Assembly: GCA_964016885.1 (NCBI GenBank) | Contig: OZ024743.1 | Coordinates: forward strand, 63,984,001-64,048,000 | Length of the DNA: 64,000 nucleotides | Direction: 5' to 3' | Origin: Eledone cirrhosa | Taxonomy: Eukaryota | In this document: in pieces, positions 38,501 to 53,500 of the stretch | How the letters are laid out: each line of letters begins with the position of its first letter | Position numbering within the stretch: the first letter of the stretch is position 1 | Translations under genes and position numbers: made by a program | The notes under the pieces: model-generated | Seen by the model: only the letters and a program-made list of their open reading frames with translations | Database searches by the model: none | Told to the model about the DNA's origin: nothing

Positions 38501-41500
38501 GCTAAAGGGTTCTCTATACCACTATTGGCCGCTAAAGGGTTCTCTATACCACTGTTGTCCGCTAAAGGGTTCTCTATACCACTGTTGTCCGCTAAAGGGT
38601 TCTCTATACCACTGTTGGCCGCTAAAGGGTTCTCTATACCACTGTTGGCCGCTAAAGGGTTCTCTATACCACTGTTGGCCGCTAAAGTGTTCTCTATACC
38701 ACTGTTGGCCGCTAAAGGGTTCTCTATACCACTGTTGACCGCTAAAGGGTTCTCTATACCACTGTTGTCCGCTAAAAGGTTCTGTATACCACTGTTGTCC
38801 GCTAAAAGGTTCTCTATACCACTATTGGCCGCTAAAGGGTTCTCTATACCACTGTTGTCCGCTAAAGGGTTCTCTATACCACTGTTGGCCGCTAAAGGGT
38901 TCTCTATACCACTGTTGGCCGCTAAAGGGTTCTCTATACCATTGTTGTCCGCTAAAAGGGTCTCTATACCACTACTGGCCGCTAAAGGGTTCTCTATACC
39001 ACTGTTGTGCGCTAAAAGGTTCTCTATACCACTATTGGCCGCTAAAGGGTTCTCTATACCACTATTGGCCGCTAAAGGGTTCTCTATACCACTGTTGTCC
39101 GCTAAAGGGTTCTCTATACCACTGTTGTCCGCTAAAGGGTTCTCTATACCACTGTTGTCCGCTAAAGGGTTCTCTATACCACTATTGGCCGCTAAAGGGT
39201 TCTCTATACCACTGTTGTCCGCTAAAGGGTTCTCTATAACACTGTTGGCCGCTAAAGGGTTCTCTATACCACTGATGTCCGCTAAAGGGTTCTCTATACC
39301 ACTGTTGGCCGCTAAAGGGTTCTCTATACCACTATTGGCCGCTAAAGGGTGCTCTAAACCACTGTTGTCCGCTAAAGGGTTCTCTATACCACTGTTGTCC
39401 GCTAAAGGGTTCTCTATACCACTGTTGGCCGCTAAAGGGTTCTCTATAGCACTGTTGGCCGCTAAAGGGTTCTCTATACCACTATTGGCCGCTAAAGGGT
39501 TCTCTATACCACTGTTGTCCGCTAAAAGGTTCTCTATACCACTGTTGTCCGCTAAAGGGTTCTCTATACCACTGTTGTCCACTAAAGGGTTCTCTATACC
39601 ACTGTTGTCCGCTAAAGGGTTCTCTATACCACTGTTGTCCGCTAAAGGATTCTCTATACCACTGTTGTCCGCTAAAGGGTTCTCTATACCACTGTTGTCC
39701 GCTAAAGGGTTCTCTATACCACTGTTGTCCGCTAAAGGGTTCTCTATAATACTATTGGCCGCTAAAGGGTTCTCTATACCACTGTTGTCCGCTAAAGGGT
39801 TCTCTATACCACTATTGGCCGCTAAAAGGTTCTCTATACCACTGTTGTCCGCTAAAGGGTTCTCTATACCACTGTTGTCCGCTAAAGGGTTCTCTATACC
39901 ACTGTTGGGCGCTAAAGGGTTCTCTATACCACTGTTGGCCGCTAAAGGGTTCTCTATACCACTGTTGGCCGCTAAAGTGTTCTCTATACCACTGTTGGCC
40001 GCTAAAGGGTTCTCTATACCACTGTTGACCGCTAAAGGGTTCTCTATACCACTGTTGTCCGCTAAAAGGTTCTGTATACCACTGTTGTCCGCTAAAAGGT
40101 TCTCTATACCACTATTGGCCGCTAAAGGGTTCTCTATACCACTGTTGTCCGCTAAAGGGTTCTCTATACCACTGTTGGCCGCTAAAGGGTTCTCTATACC
40201 ACTATTGGCGGCTAAAGGGTTCTCTATACCATTGTTGGCCGCTAAAGGGTTCTCTATACCACTGTTGGTCGCTAAAGGGTTCTCTATACCACTATTGGCC
40301 GCTAAAGGGTTCTCTATACCACTGTTGTCCGCTAAAGGGTTCTCTATACAACTGTTGTCCGCTAAAGGGTTCTCTATACCACTGTTGGCCGCTAAAGTGT
40401 TGTCTATACCACTGTTGTCCGCTAAAAGGTTCTCTATACCACTGTTGTCCGCTAAAGGGTTCTCTATACCACTGTTGTCCGCTAAAGGGTTCTCTATAAA
40501 ACTGTTGTCCGCTAAAGGGTTCTCTACACCACTGTTAGCCGCTAAAGGGTTCTCTATACCACTGTTGGCCGCTAAAGGGTTCTCAATACCACTGTTGTCC
40601 GCTAAAGGGTTCTCTATAACACTGTTGTCCGCTAAAGGGTTCTCTATACCACTGTTGGCCGCTAAAGGGTTCTCTATACCACTGTTGGCCGCTAAAGGTT
40701 CTCTATACCACTGTTGGCCGCTAAAGGGTTCTCTATACCATTGTTGTCCGCTAAAAGGGTCTCTATACCACTATTAGCCGCTAAAGGGTTCTCTAAACCA
40801 CTGTTGTCCGCTAAAGGGTTCTCTATACCACTGTTGGCTTCTAAAGGGTTCTCTAGACCACTATTGGCCTCTAAAGAGTTCTCTATAACACTATTGGCCG
40901 CTAAAGGGTTCTCTATACCACTGTTTTCCGCTAAAGGGTTCTCTATACCCCTGTTGTCCGCTAAAGGGTTCTCTATACCACTGTTGTCCGCTAAAGGGTT
41001 CTCTATACCACTATTGGCCGCTAAAGGGTTCTCTATAAAACTATTGGCCGCTAAAGGGTTCTCTATAGCACTGTTGTCCGCTAAAGGGTTCTCTATACCA
41101 TGTTGGCCGCTAAAGGGTTCTCTATACCACTATTGGCCGCTAAAGGGTTCTCTATACCACTGTTGTCCGCTAAAGGGTTCTCTATACCACTGTTGTCCGC
41201 TAAAGGGTTCTCTATACCACTATTGGCCGCTAAAGGGTTCTCTATACCACTGTTGTCCGCGAAAGGGTTCTCTATAACACTGTTGGCCGCTAAAGGGTTC
41301 TCTATACCACTGATGTCCGCTAAAGGGTTCTCTATACCACTGTTGGCCGCTAAAGGGTTCTCTATACCACTATTCTCTGCTAAAGGGTGCTCTAAACCAC
41401 TGTTGTCCGCTAAAGGGATCTCTATACAACTGTTGTCCGCTAAAGGGTTCTCTATACCACTGTTGGCCGCTAAAGTGTTCTCTATACCACTGTTGTCCGC

Positions 41501-44500
41501 TAAAAGGTTCTCTATACCACTGTTGTCCGCTAAAGGGTTCTCTATACCACTGTTGGCCGCTAAAGGGTTCTCTATACCACTGTTGTCCGCTAAAGGGTTC
41601 TCTATACCACTGTTGGCCGCTAAAGGGTTCTCTATGCCACTGTTGGCCGCTAAAGGGTTCTCTATACCACTGTTGGCCGCTAAAGGGTTCTCTATACCAC
41701 AGTTGGCCGCTAAAGGGTTCTCTATACCACTGTTGTCCGCTAAAAGGTTCTCTATACCACTATTGGCCGCTAAAGGGTTCTCTATACAACTGTTGGCCGC
41801 TAAAGGGTTCTCTATACCACTGTTGTCCGCTAAAGGGTTCTCTATACCACTGTTGGCCGCTAAAGGGTTCTATATACCATTATTGGCCTCTAAAAAGTTC
41901 TCTATACCACTGTTGGCCGCTGAAGTGTTCTCTATACCACTGTTGGCCGCTAAAGAGTTCTCTATACCACTGTTGACCGCTAAAGGGTTCTCTATACCAC
42001 TGTTGTCAGCTAAAAGGTTCTCTATACCACTGTTGTCCGCTCAAAGGTTCTCTATAACACTATTGGCCGCTAAAGGGTTCTCTATACCACTGTTGTCCGC
42101 TAAAGGGTTCTCTAAACCACTGTTGGCCGCTAAAGGGTTCTCTATAACACTATTGGCAGCTAAAGGGTTCTCTATACCACTGTTGGCCGCTAAAGGGTTC
42201 TCTATACCACTGTTGGTCGCTAAAGGGTTCTCTATACCATTGTTGGCCGCTAAAGGGTTCTCAATACCACTGTTGTCCGCTAAAGGGTTCTCTATAACAC
42301 TGTTGTCCGCTAAAGGGTTCTCTATACCACTGTTGGCCGCTAAAGGGTTCTCTATACCACTGTTGGCCGCTAAAGGGTTCTCTATACCACTGTTGGCCGC
42401 TAAAGGGTTCTCTATACCATTGTTGTCCGCTAAAAGGGTCTCTATACCACTACAGGCCGCTAAAGGGTTCTCTATACCACTGTTGTCCGCTAAAGGGTAC
42501 TCTATACAACTGTTGGCTTCTAAAGGGTTCTCTATACCACTATTGGCCGCTAAAGGGTTCTCTATACCACAATTGGCCGTTAAAGGGTTCTCTATACCAC
42601 TATTGGCCGCTAAAGGGTTCTCTATACCACTATTGGCCGCTAAAGGGTTCTCTATACCACTGTTGTGCGCTAAAAGGTTCTCTATACCACTATTGGCCGC
42701 TAAAGGGTTCTCTATACCACTATTGGCCGCTAAAGGGTTCTCTATACCACTGTTGTCCGCTAAAGGGTTCTCTATACCACTGTTGTCCGCTAAAGGGTTC
42801 TCTATACCATGTTGGCCGCTAAAGGGTTCTCTATACCACTGTTGGCCGCTAAAGGGTTCTCTATACCACTATTGGCCGCTAAAGGGTTCTCTATACCATG
42901 GTTGTCCGCTAAAAGGGTCTCTATACCACTACTGGCCGCTAAAGGGTTCTCTATACCACTGTTGTGCGCTAAAAGGTTCTCTATACCACTATTGGCCGCT
43001 AAAGGGTTCTCTATACCACTATTGGCCGCTAAAGGGTTCTCTATACCACTGTTGTCCGCTAAAGGGTTCTCTATACCACTGTTGTCCGCTAAAGGGTTCT
43101 CTATACCACTGTTGTCCGCTAAAGGGTTCTCTATACCACTATTGGCCGCTAAAGGGTTCTCTATACCACTGTTGTCCGCTAAAGGGTTCTCTATAACACT
43201 GTTGGCCGCTAAAGGGTTCTCTATACCACTGATGTCCGCTAAAGGGTTCTCTATACCACTGTTGGCCGCTAAAGGGTTCTCTATACCACTATTGGCCGCT
43301 AAAGGGTGCTCTAAACCACTGTTGTCCGCTAAAGGGTTCTCTATACCACTGTTGTCCGCTAAAGGGTTCTCTATACCACTGTTGGCCGCTAAAGGGTTCT
43401 CTATAGCACTGTTGGCCGCTAAAGGGTTCTCTATACCACTATTGGCCGCTAAAGGGTTCTCTATACCACTGTTGTCCGCTAAAAGGTTCTCTATACCACT
43501 GTTGTCCGCTAAAGGGTTCTCTATACCACTGTTGTCCACTAAAGGGTTCTCTATACCACTGTTGTCCGCTAAAGGGTTCTCTATACCACTGTTGTCCGCT
43601 AAAGGATTCTCTATACCACTGTTGTCCGCTAAAGGGTTCTCTATACCACTGTTGTCCGCTAAAGGGTTCTCTATACCACTGTTGTCCGCTAAAGGGTTCT
43701 CTATAATACTATTGGCCGCTAAAGGGTTCTCTATACCACTGTTGTCCGCTAAAGGGTTCTCTATACCACTATTGGCCGCTAAAGGGTTCTCTATACCACT
43801 GTTGTCCGCTAAAGGGTTCTCTATACCACTGTTGTCCGCTAAAGGGTTCTCTATACCACTGTTGGCCGCTAAAGGGTTCTCTATACCACTGTTGGCCGCT
43901 AAAGGGTTCTCTATACCACTGTTGGCCGCTAAAGTGTTCTCTATACCACTGTTGGCCGCTAAAGGGTTCTCTATACCACTGTTGACCGCTAAAGGGTTCT
44001 CTATACCACTGTTGTCCGCTAAAAGGTTCTGTATACCACTGTTGTCCGCTAAAAGGTTCTCTATACCACTATTGGCCGCTAAAGGGTTCTCTATACCACT
44101 GTTGTCCGCTAAAGGGTTCTCTATACCACTGTTGGCCGCTAAAGGGTTCTCTATACCACTGTTGGCCGCTAAAGGGTTCTCTATACCATTGTTGTCCGCT
44201 AAAAGGGTCTCTATACCACTACTGGCCGCTAAAGGGTTCTCTATACCACTGTTGTGCGCTAAAAGGTTCTCTATACCACTATTGGCCGCTAAAGGGTTCT
44301 CTATACCACTATTGGCCGCTAAAGGGTTCTCTATACCACTGTTGTCCGCTAAAGGGTTCTCTATACCACTGTTGTCCGCTAAAGGGTTCTCTATACCACT
44401 GTTGTCCGCTAAAGGGTTCTCTATACCACTATTGGCCGCTAAAGGGTTCTCTATACCACTGTTGTCCGCTAAAGGGTTCTCTATAACACTGTTGGCCGCT

Positions 44501-47500
44501 AAAGGGTTCTCTATACCACTGATGTCCGCTAAAGGGTTCTCTATACCACTGTTGGCCGCTAAAGGGTTCTCTATACCACTATTGGCCGCTAAAGTGTGCT
44601 CTAAACCACTGTTGTCCGCTAAAGGGTTCTCTATACCACTGTTGTCCGCTAAAGGGTTCTCTATACCACTGTTGGCCGCTAAAGGGTTCTCTATAGCACT
44701 GTTGGCCGCTAAAGGGTTCTCTATACCACTATTGGCCGCTAAAGGGTTCTCTATACCACTGTTGTCCGCTAAAAGGTTCTCTATACCACTGTTGTCCGCT
44801 AAAGGGTTCTCTATACCACTGTTGTCCACTAAAGGGTTCTCTATACCACTGTTGTCCGCTAAAGGGTTCTCTATACCACTGTTGTCCGCTAAAGGATTCT
44901 CTATACCACTGTTGTCCGCTAAAGGGTTCTCTATACCACTGTTGTCCGCTAAAGGGTTCTCTATACCACTGTTGTCCGCTAAAGGGTTCTCTATAATACT
45001 ATTGGCCGCTAAAGGGTTCTCTATACCACTGTTGTCCGCTAAAGGGTTCTCTATACCACTATTGGCCGCTAAAGGGTTCTCTATACCACTGTTGTCCGCT
45101 AAAGGGTTCTCTATACCACTGTTGTCCGCTAAAGGGTTCTCTATACCACTGTTGGGCGCTAAAGGGTTCTCTATACCACTGTTGGCCGCTAAAGGGTTCT
45201 CTATACCACTGTTGGCCGCTAAAGTGTTCTCTATACCACTGTTGGCCGCTAAAGGGTTCTCTATACCACTGTTGACCGCTAAAGGGTTCTCTATACCACT
45301 GTTGTCCGCTAAAAGGTTCTGTATACCACTGTTGTCCGCTAAAAGGTTCTCTATACCACTATTGGCCGCTAAAGGGTTCTCTATACCACTGTTGTCCGCT
45401 AAAGGGTTCTCTATACCACTGTTGGCCGCTAAAGGGTTCTCTATACCACTATTGGCGGCTAAAGGGTTCTCTATACCATTGTTGGCCGCTAAAGGGTTCT
45501 CTATACCACTGTTGGTCGCTAAAGGGTTCTCTATACCACTATTGGCCGCTAAAGGGTTCTCTATACCACTGTTGTCCGCTAAAGGGTTCTCTATACAACT
45601 GTTGTCCGCTAAAGGGTTCTCTATACCACTGTTGGCCGCTAAAGTGTTGTCTATACCACTGTTGTCCGCTAAAAGGTTCTCTATACCACTGTTGTCCGCT
45701 AAAGGGTTCTCTATACCACTGTTGTCCGCTAAAGGGTTCTCTATAAAACTGTTGTCCGCTAAAGGGTTCTCTACACCACTGTTAGCCGCTAAAGGGTTCT
45801 CTATACCACTGTTGGCCGCTAAAGGGTTCTCAATACCACTGTTGTCCGCTAAAGGGTTCTCTATAACACTGTTGTCCGCTAAAGGGTTCTCTATACCACT
45901 GTTGGCCGCTAAAGGGTTCTCTATACCACTGTTGGCCGCTAAAGGTTCTCTATACCACTGTTGGCCGCTAAAGGGTTCTCTATACCATTGTTGTCCGCTA
46001 AAAGGGTCTCTATACCACTATTAGCCGCTAAAGGGTTCTCTAAACCACTGTTGTCCGCTAAAGGGTTCTCTATACCACTGTTGGCTTCTAAAGGGTTCTC
46101 TAGACCACTATTGGCCTCTAAAGAGTTCTCTATAACACTATTGGCCGCTAAAGGGTTCTCTATACCACTGTTTTCCGCTAAAGGGTTCTCTATACCCCTG
46201 TTGTCCGCTAAAGGGTTCTCTATACCACTGTTGTCCGCTAAAGGGTTCTCTATACCACTATTGGCCGCTAAAGGGTTCTCTATAAAACTATTGGCCGCTA
46301 AAGGGTTCTCTATAGCACTGTTGTCCGCTAAAGGGTTCTCTATACCATGTTGGCCGCTAAAGGGTTCTCTATACCACTATTGGCCGCTAAAGGGTTCTCT
46401 ATACCACTGTTGTCCGCTAAAGGGTTCTCTATACCACTGTTGTCCGCTAAAGGGTTCTCTATACCACTGTTGTCCGCTAAAGGGTTCTCTATACCACTAT
46501 TGGCCGCTAAAGGGTTCTTTATACCACTGTTGTCCGCTAAAGGGTTCTCTATACCACTGTTGTCCCCTAAATGGTTCTCTATACCACTGTTGTCCGCTAA
46601 AGGGTTCTCTATACCACTGTTGTCCGCTAAAGGGTTCTCTATACCACTGTTGTCCGCTAAATGGTTCTCTATACCACTGTTGTCCGCTAAAGGGTTCTCT
46701 ATACCACTATTGGCCGCTAAAGGGTTCTCTATACCACTGTTCTCAGCTAAAGGGTTCTCTATACCACTATTGGCCGCTAAAGGGTTCTCTATACCACTAT
46801 TGGCCGCTAAAGGGTTCTCTATACCACTGTTGTCCGCTAAAGGGTTCTCTATACCACTATTGGCCGCTAAAGGGTTCTCTATACCACTGTTGTCCGCTAA
46901 AGGGTTCTCTATACCACTGTTGTCCGCTAAAGGGTTCTCTATACCACTATTGGCCGCTAAAGGGTTCTCTATACCACTGTTGTCCGCTAAAGGGTTCCTA
47001 TACCACTGTTGTCCGCTAATGCTTTCTCTATACCACTGTTGGCCGCTAAAGGGTTCTCTATACCACTGTTGGCCGCTAAAGGGTTCTCTATACCACTATT
47101 GGCCGCTAAAGGGTTCTCTATACCACTATTGGCCGCTAAAGGGTTCTCTATACCACCGTTGTTAGCTAAAGGGTTCTCTATACCACTATTGGCCTCTAAA
47201 GGGTTCTCTATACCACTGTTGTCCGCTAAAGGGTTCTCTATACCACTATTGGCCGCTAAAGGGTTCTCTATACCACTGTTGTCCGCTACAGAGTTCTCTA
47301 TACCACTGTTGGCCGATAAAGGGTTCTCTATACCACTGTTGTCCGCTAAAGGGTTCTCTATACCACTATTGGCCGCTAAAGTGTCCTCTATACCACTATT
47401 GGCCGCTAAAGGATTCTCTATACCACTATTGGCCGCTAAAGGGTTCTCTATACCACTATTGGCCGCTAAAGGGTTCTCTATACCATTGTTGTCCGCTAAA

Positions 47501-50500
47501 GGGTTCTCTATACCACTGTTGTCCGCTAAAGGGTTCTCTATACCACTATTGGCCGCTAAAGGGTTCTCTATACCACTATTGGCCGCTAAAGGGTTCTCTA
47601 TACCACTGTTGTCCGCTAAAGGGTTCTCTATACCACTGTTGTCCGCTAAAGGGTTCTCTATACCACTGTTGTCCGCTAAAGGGTTCTCTATACCACTGTT
47701 GTCCGCTAAAGGGTTCTCTATACCACTATTGGCCGCTAAAGGGTTCTCTATACCACTGTTGTCCGCTAAAGGGTTCTCTATACCACTGTTGTCCGCTAAA
47801 TGGTTCTCTATACCACTGTTGTCCGCTAAAGGGTTCTCTATACCACTATTGGCCGCTAAAGGGTTCTCTATACCACTATTGGCCGCTAAAGGTTTCTCTA
47901 TACCACTGTTGTCCGCTAAAGGGTTCTCTATACCACTATTGGCCGCTAAAGGGTTCTCTATACCACTATTGGCCGCTAAAGGGTTCTCTATACCACTGTT
48001 GTCAGCTAAAGGGTTCTCTATACCACTGTTGTCCGCTAAAGGGTTCTCTATACCATGTTGGCCGCTAAAGGTTTCTCTATACCACTATTGGCCGCTAAAG
48101 GGTTCTCAATACCACTATTTGCCGCTAAAGGGTTGTCTATAACACTATTGCCTACTAAAGGGTTCTCTATACCACTATTGGCCACTAAATGGTTCTCTAT
48201 ACCACTGTTGTCCGCTAAAGGGTTCTCTATACCACTGTTGGCCGCTAAAGGGTTCTCTATACCACTATTGGCCGCTAAAGCGTTCTCTATACCACTATTG
48301 GCCGCTAAAGGGTTCTCTATACCACTGTTGTCCGCTTAAGGCTTCTCTGTACCACTATTGGCCGCTAAAGGGTTCTCTATACCACTGTTGTCCGCTAAAG
48401 TTTTCTCTATACCACTATTGGCCGCTAAAGGGTTCTCTATACCACTGTTGTCCGCTAAAGGGTTCTCTATACCACAGTTGTCCGCTAAAGGGTTCTCTAT
48501 ACCACTGTTGTCCGTTAAAGGGTTCTCTATACCACTATTGGCCGCTAAAGCGTTCTCTATACCACTATTGGCCGCTAAAGCGTTCTGTATACCACTATTG
48601 GCCGCTAAAGGGTTCTCTATACCACTGTTGTCCGCTAAAGGCTTCTCTATACCACTATTGGCCGCTAAAGGGTTCTCTATACCACTGTTGTCCGCTAAAG
48701 GGTTCTCTCTACCACTATTGGCCGCTAAAGCGTTCTCTATACTACTATTGGCCGCTAAAGGGTTCTCTATACCACTATTGGCCGCTAAAGGGTTCTCTAT
48801 GCCACTATTGGCCGCTAAAATGTTCTCTATACCACTATTGGCCGCTAAAGGGTTCTCTATACCACTGTTCTCCGCTAAAAGGTTCTCTATACCACTATTG
48901 GCCGTTAAAGGGTTCTCTATACCACTATTGGACGCTAAAGGGTTCTCTATACCACTGTTGTCCGCTGAAGGGTTCTCTATACCACTATTGGCCGCTAAAG
49001 GGTTCTCTATACCACTGTTGTCCGCTAAAATGTTCTCTATACCACTGTTGTCCGCTAAAGGGTTCTCTATACCACTGTTGTCCGCTAAAGGGTTCTCTAT
49101 AAAACTGTTGTCCGCTAAAGGGTTCTCTATACCACTGTTAGCCGCTAAAGGGTTCTCTATACCACTGTTGGCCGCTAAAGGGTTCTCAATACCACTGTTG
49201 TCCGCTAAAGGGTTCTCTATAACACTGTTGTCCGCTAAAGGGTTCTCTATACCACTGTTGGCCGCTAAAGGGTTCTCTATACCACTGTTGGCCGCTAAAG
49301 GTTCTCTATACCACTGTTGGCCGCTAAAGGGTTCTCTATACCATTGTTGTCCGCTAAAAGGGTCTCTGTACCACTATTGGCCGCTAAAGGGTTCTCTAAA
49401 CCACTGTTGTCCGCTAAAGGGTTCTCTATACCACTGTTGGCTTCTAAAGGGTTCTCTATACCACTATTGGCCGCTAAAGGGTTCTCTATACCACTGTTGT
49501 CCGCTAAAGGGTTCTCTATACCACTGTTGGCCGCTAAAGGGTTCTCTATACCACTGTCGTCCGCTAAAGGGTTCTCTATACCACCATTGGCCGCTAAAGG
49601 GTTCTCTATACCACTGGTGTCCGCTAAAAGGTTCTCTATACTACTATTGGCCGTTAAAGGGTTCTCTATACCACTATTGGCCGCTAAAGGGTTCTCTATA
49701 CCACTATTGGCCGCTAAAGGGTTCTCTATACCACTGTTGTCCGCTAAAAGGTTCTCTATACCACTATTGGCCGCTAAAGGGTTCTCTATACCACTATTCG
49801 CCGCTAAAGGGTTCTCTATACCACTGTTGTCCGCTAAAGGGTTCGTCTATACTACTGTTGTGCGCTAAAGGGTTCTCTATACCACTATTGGCCGCTAAAG
49901 GGTTCTCTATACCACTGTTGTCCGCTAAAATGTTCTCTATACCACTGTTGTCCGCTAAAGGGTTCTCTATACCACTATTGGCCGCTAAAGGGTTCTCTAT
50001 ACCACTGTTGTCCGCTAACAGGTTCTCTAGACCACTATTGGCCGCTAAAGGGTTCTCTATACCACTGTTGGCCTCTAAAGAGTTCTCTATAACACTATTG
50101 GCCGCTAAAGGGTTCTCTATACCACTGTTTTCCGCTAAAGGGTTCTCTATACCCCTGTTGTCCGCTAAAGGGTTCTCTATACCACTGTTGTCCGCTAAAG
50201 GGTTCTCTATACCACTATTGGCCGCTAAAGGGTTCTCTATAAAACTATTGGCCGCTAAAGGGTTCTCTATAGCACTGTTGTCCGCTAAAGGGTTCTCTAT
50301 ACCATGTTGGCCGCTAAAGGGTTCTCTATACCACTATTGGCCGCTAAAGGGTTCTCTATACCACTGTTGTCCGCTAAAGGGTTCTCTATACCACTGTTGT
50401 CCGCTAAAGGGTTCTCTATACCACTGTTGTCCGCTAAAGGGTTCTCTATACCACTATTGGCCGCTAAAGGGTTCTTTATACCACTGTTGTCCGCTAAAGG

Positions 50501-53500
50501 GTTCTCTATACCACTGTTGTCCCCTAAATGGTTCTCTATACCACTGTTGTCCGCTAAAGGGTTCTCTATACCACTGTTGTCCGCTAAAGGGTTCTCTATA
50601 CCACTGTTGTCCGCTAAATGGTTCTCTATACCACTGTTGTCCGCTAAAGGGTTCTCTATACCACTATTGGCCGCTAAAGGGTTCTCTATACCACTATTGG
50701 CCGCTAAAGGGTTCTCTATACCACTGTTCTCAGCTAAAGGGTTCTCTATACCACTATTGGCCGCTAAAGGGTTCTCTATACCACTATTGGCCGCTAAAGG
50801 GTTCTCTATACCACTGTTGTCCGCTAAAGGGTTCTCTATACCACTATTGGCCGCTAAAGGGTTCTCTATACCACTGTTGTCCGCTAAAGGGTTCTCTATA
50901 CCACTGTTGTCCGCTAAAGGGTTCTCTATACCACTATTGGCCGCTAAAGGGTTCTCTATACCACTGTTGTCCGCTAAAGGGTTCCTATACCACTGTTGTC
51001 CGCTAATGCTTTCTCTATACCACTGTTGGCCGCTAAAGGGTTCTCTATACCACTGTTGGCCGCTAAAGGGTTCTCTATACCACTATTGGCCGCTAAAGGG
51101 TTCTCTATACCACTATTGGCCGCTAAAGGGTTCTCTATACCACCGTTGTTAGCTAAAGGGTTCTCTATACCACTATTGGCCTCTAAAGGGTTCTCTATAC
51201 CACTGTTGTCCGCTAAAGGGTTCTCTATACCACTATTGGCCGCTAAAGGGTTCTCTATACCACTGTTGTCCGCTACAGAGTTCTCTATACCACTGTTGGC
51301 CGATAAAGGGTTCTCTATACCACTGTTGTCCGCTAAAGGGTTCTCTATACCACTATTGGCCGCTAAAGTGTCCTCTATACCACTATTGGCCGCTAAAGGG
51401 TTCTCTATACCACTATTGGCCGCTAAAGGGTTCTCTATACCACTATTGGCCGCTAAAGGGTTCTCTATACCACTGTTGTCCGCTAAAGGGTTCTCTATAC
51501 CACTGTTGTCCGCTAAAGGGTTCTCTATACCACTATTGGCCGCTAAAGGGTTCTCTATACCACTGTTGTCCGCTAAAGGGTTCCTATACCACTGTTGTCC
51601 GCTAATGCTTTCTCTATACCACTGTTGGCCGCTAAAGGGTTCTCTATACCACTGTTGGCCGCTAAAGGGTTCTCTATACCACTATTGGCCGCTAAAGGGT
51701 TCTCTATACCACCGTTGTTAGCTAAAGGGTTCTCTATACCACTATTGGCCTCTAAAGGGTTCTCTATACCACTGTTGTCCGCTAAAGGGTTCTCTATACC
51801 ACTATTGGCCGCTAAAGGGTTCTCTATACCACTGTTGTCCGCTACAGAGTTCTCTATACCACTGTTGGCCGATAAAGGGTTCTCTATACCACTGTTGTCC
51901 GCTAAAGGGTTCTCTATACCACTATTGGCCGCTAAAGTGTCCTCTATACCACTATTGGCCGCTAAAGGGTTCTCTATACCACTATTGGCCGCTAAAGGGT
52001 TCTCTATACCACTATTGGCCGCTAAAGGGTTCTCTATACCATTGTTGTCCGCTAAAGGGTTCTCTATACCACTGTTGTCCGCTAAAGGGTTCTCTATACC
52101 ACTATTGGCCGCTAAAGGGTTCTCTATACCACTATTGGCCGCTAAAGGGTTCTCTATACCACTGTTGTCCGCTAAAGGGTTCTCTATACCACTGTTGTCC
52201 GCTAAAGGGTTCTCTATACCACTGTTGTCCGCTAAAGGGTTCTCTATACCACTGTTGTCCGCTAAAGGGTTCTCTATACCACTATTGGCCGCTAAAGGGT
52301 TCTCTATACCACTGTTGTCCGCTAAAGGGTTCTCTATACCACTGTTGTCCGCTAAATGGTTCTCTATACCACTGTTGTCCGCTAAAGGGTTCTCTATACC
52401 ACTATTGGCCGCTAAAGGGTTCTCTATACCACTATTGGCCGCTAAAGGTTTCTCTATACCACTGTTGTCCGCTAAAGGGTTCTCTATACCACTATTGGCC
52501 GCTAAAGGGTTCTCTATACCACTGTTGTCCGCTAAAGGGTTCTCTATACCACTGTTGTCCGCTAAATGGTTCTCTATACCACTGTTGTCCGCTAAAGGGT
52601 TCTCTATACCACTATTGGCCGCTAAAGGGTTCTCTATACCACTATTGGCCGCTAAAGGTTTCTCTATACCACTGTTGTCCGCTAAAGGGTTCTCTATACC
52701 ACTATTGGCCGCTAAAGGGTTCTCTATACCACTATTGGCCGCTAAAGGGTTCTCTATACCACTGTTGTCCGCTAAAGGGTTCTCTATACCACTGTTGTCC
52801 GCTAAAGGGTTTTCTATACCATGTTGGCCGCTAAAGGGTTCTCTATACCACTATTGGCCGCTAAAGGGTTCTCAATACCACTATTTGCCGCTAAAGGGTT
52901 GTCTATAACACTATTGACTACTAAAGGGTTCTCTATACCACTATTGGCCGCTAAAGGGTTCTCTATACCACTATTGGCCGCTAAAGGGTTCTCTATACCA
53001 CTATTGGCCCCTAAAGGGTTCTCTATAACACTATTGAGCGCTAAAGGGTTCTCTATAGCACTATTGGCCGCTAAACGGTTCTCTATACCACTGTTGTCCG
53101 CTAAAGGGTTCTCTATACCACTGTTGGCCGCTAAAGGGTTCTCTATACCACTGTTGTCCGCTAAAGGCTTCTCTATACCACTATTGGCCGCTAAAGGGTT
53201 CTCTATACCACTGTTGTCCGCTAAAGGGTTCTCTATACCACTATTGGCCGCTAAAGGGTTCTCTACACCACTGTTGTCCGCTAAAGGGTTCTCTATACCA
53301 CTATTGGCCGCTAAAGGGTTCCCTATACCACTGTTGTCCGGTAAAGGGTTCTCTATACCACTGTTGGCCGCTAAAGGGTTCTCTATACCACTATTGGCCG
53401 CTAAAGCGTTCTCTATACCACTATTGGCCGCTAAAGGGTTCTCTATACCACTGTTGTCCGCTTAAGGCTTCTCTATACCACTATTGGCCGCTAAAGGGTT